64,000 nucleotides of DNA from positions 1 through 64,000 of the forward strand of contig NGBS01000594.1 in the NCBI GenBank assembly GCA_002245135.1, in the 5' to 3' direction. Position numbers and translations under genes: made by a program. The notes under the pieces are model-generated. The model was not told where the DNA came from and did no database searches. It saw nothing but the letters and a program-made list of their open reading frames with translations. Source of the stretch: Proteromonas lacertae. Its lineage: Eukaryota. This document shows positions 62,891 to 64,000 of this stretch, one piece after another. Numbering within the stretch: position 1 is the stretch's first letter; every line of letters begins with the position of its first letter.

Positions 62891-64000
62891 TTATTTTGGA
62901 AAAATATTATTATAATTATTATACATTAATCCATTACTATTCTGACAAAATATATTATCACTATTATTATTATTATTCATGTAATTATTCATAAAAAGCT
63001 GATGTTGTTGTTGTTGAAATTCATCTAAGAAAGGAGTAGTTGGTGGAGGTGGTAAAGGTGGATAATAAGGAATATTATAACTCTTATTAATATACTGATT
63101 ATTATTGATATTACTATGATTTATAATAATTGGTGTTGCTATAGGCGATGTTATACAGATTTTAGTATTGACAGTTGTTGTTGTTGTTGTTGCTGGAGGT
63201 GGTGGCTGTTGTTGTATTGATTGAAATTGTATTATAGATGGAGGTTCAACAACTGCATTGGTGATAGTTTCTGGAAATATTCTATGATTTATATCATAAT
63301 TGATTGTTTTAATTGGTGTAATGTTTAAACTGGAGTTACTGCTATTATTATTATTTACAGTTGCATAATCTGATGGTGATGAAGAAACAACAGGTGTAAA
63401 AGATGATTTATGATTTATTGAAGGTATTAAATATTCATTAGAAGCAGATGAGGATGATGAACATGGAGGAATTATAAAGCTTAAATCATTAATGAATAAT
63501 CTATCTTCTAACCTATGTGTTTTCGGTTTAATTAGTAAAGAAGAAGAAGGTGTAGATTGTGCTAATGGAGGTGGAATTTGTTGTTGTTGTCTTTCATTAT
63601 TCCCTTCTTCTTCTTCTTCTTCTTCGTTATCTTCTTCTTCTTCTTCTCCTTCTTCTTCTCCATCTTTTCGTATTATAAAGTTGTTTTTACTATTTTTCAA
63701 ATGTAAAATTGGTTTGAAGTTTTCTTCAGTATAACTACTTGTTGCATTATTGATATTATGCTTTCTCATTTTGTGGATTCTCAGTGATGATGGCGCTGAT
63801 AGAATCTGTCCGCATATTTCACAGTATAATTTCTGACCACAAAACTGTAAATGAGCTTTTAAATCGGCTGGGAATGAAAATTTTTTGTTGCACCCTGGCT
63901 TTGGACAAGTCAATGTTGGAGCTACATGTGTACGTTGGAAATGCCTTCTCAATGAATGGTAAGCTGTGAATCCTTTTGCTGAATGATGAGCACAATTCGT
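62891..64000 (-). CDS. C2H2 zinc-finger protein with low-complexity tail (5' end outside the window)
   Basis: CPKPGCNKKFSFPADLKAH and CEICGQILSAPSSLRIHKMRKH. Confidence 0.85.
   Translation of the reverse strand, partial: TNCAHHSAKGFTAYHSLRRHFQRTHVAPTLTCPKPGCNKKFSFPADLKAHLQFCGQKLYCEICGQILSAPSSLRIHKMRKHNINNATSSYTEENFKPILHLKNSKNNFIIRKDGEEEGEEEEEDNEEEEEEEGNNERQQQQIPPPLAQSTPSSSLLIKPKTHRLEDRLFINDLSFIIPPCSSSSSASNEYLIPSINHKSSFTPVVSSSPSDYATVNNNNSSNSSLNITPIKTINYDINHRIFPETITNAVVEPPSIIQFQSIQQQPPPPATTTTTTVNTKICITSPIATPIIINHSNINNNQYINKSYNIPYYPPLPPPPTTPFLDEFQQQQHQLFMNNYMNNNNNSDNIFCQNSNGLMYNNYNNIFPK

Noticed and set aside
54..63969. Numerous short antisense ORFs (e.g. 54-389, 16447-16656, 27724-28062, 41579-42016, 63492-63734)
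   Set aside because: They are shadows of Lys/Glu/Asp-rich coding sequence on the opposite strand and have no motifs.
1..64000. CRISPR arrays, rRNA, tRNA or prokaryotic operons
   Set aside because: None recognised. The repeats are transposon ends or microsatellites, and spliceosomal introns show the DNA is eukaryotic.

Overview
AT-rich eukaryotic (protist) genomic DNA with very short (about 27-37 nt) GT-AG introns. A SPAG16/PF20 axoneme gene and a mastigoneme-type EGF protein suggest a flagellated stramenopile, possibly Proteromonas/Opalinata-like (inference only). The window has two compartments. (1) About 1-37 kb is a mobile-DNA/endogenous-virus graveyard. It opens with a ~3.7-kb-arm fold-back palindrome. 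It then holds an apparently intact Tc1/mariner (DD34E) element, a second Tc1 relic, a Ginger-type integrase-Ulp1 transposase, a TGT...ACA MITE with a 5-bp TSD, and a hAT relic. It also holds at least three decayed pieces of a Polinton/Polinton-like-virus lineage: minor capsid, major capsid, two packaging ATPases, rve integrase, pPolB N-terminal modules and an Arg-rich pX-like core protein. These are interleaved with tightly packed fucosyltransferase/GT77/DUF3431/FkbM glycan-modification genes. (2) About 44-64 kb is ordinary intron-containing housekeeping genes: DPH5, NAA15, pepD-like peptidase, three PAQRs, SPAG16, CDC16, an EGF protein and a C2H2 protein. At the boundary (37.0-43.9 kb) six ORF-track pieces splice in frame into one ~2230-aa gene with the unusual architecture Crinkler NTPase-REase x2 + USP deubiquitinase + Cns1/TTC4 Wheel + MYND finger. 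All family assignments come from motif recognition by eye, not database searches.
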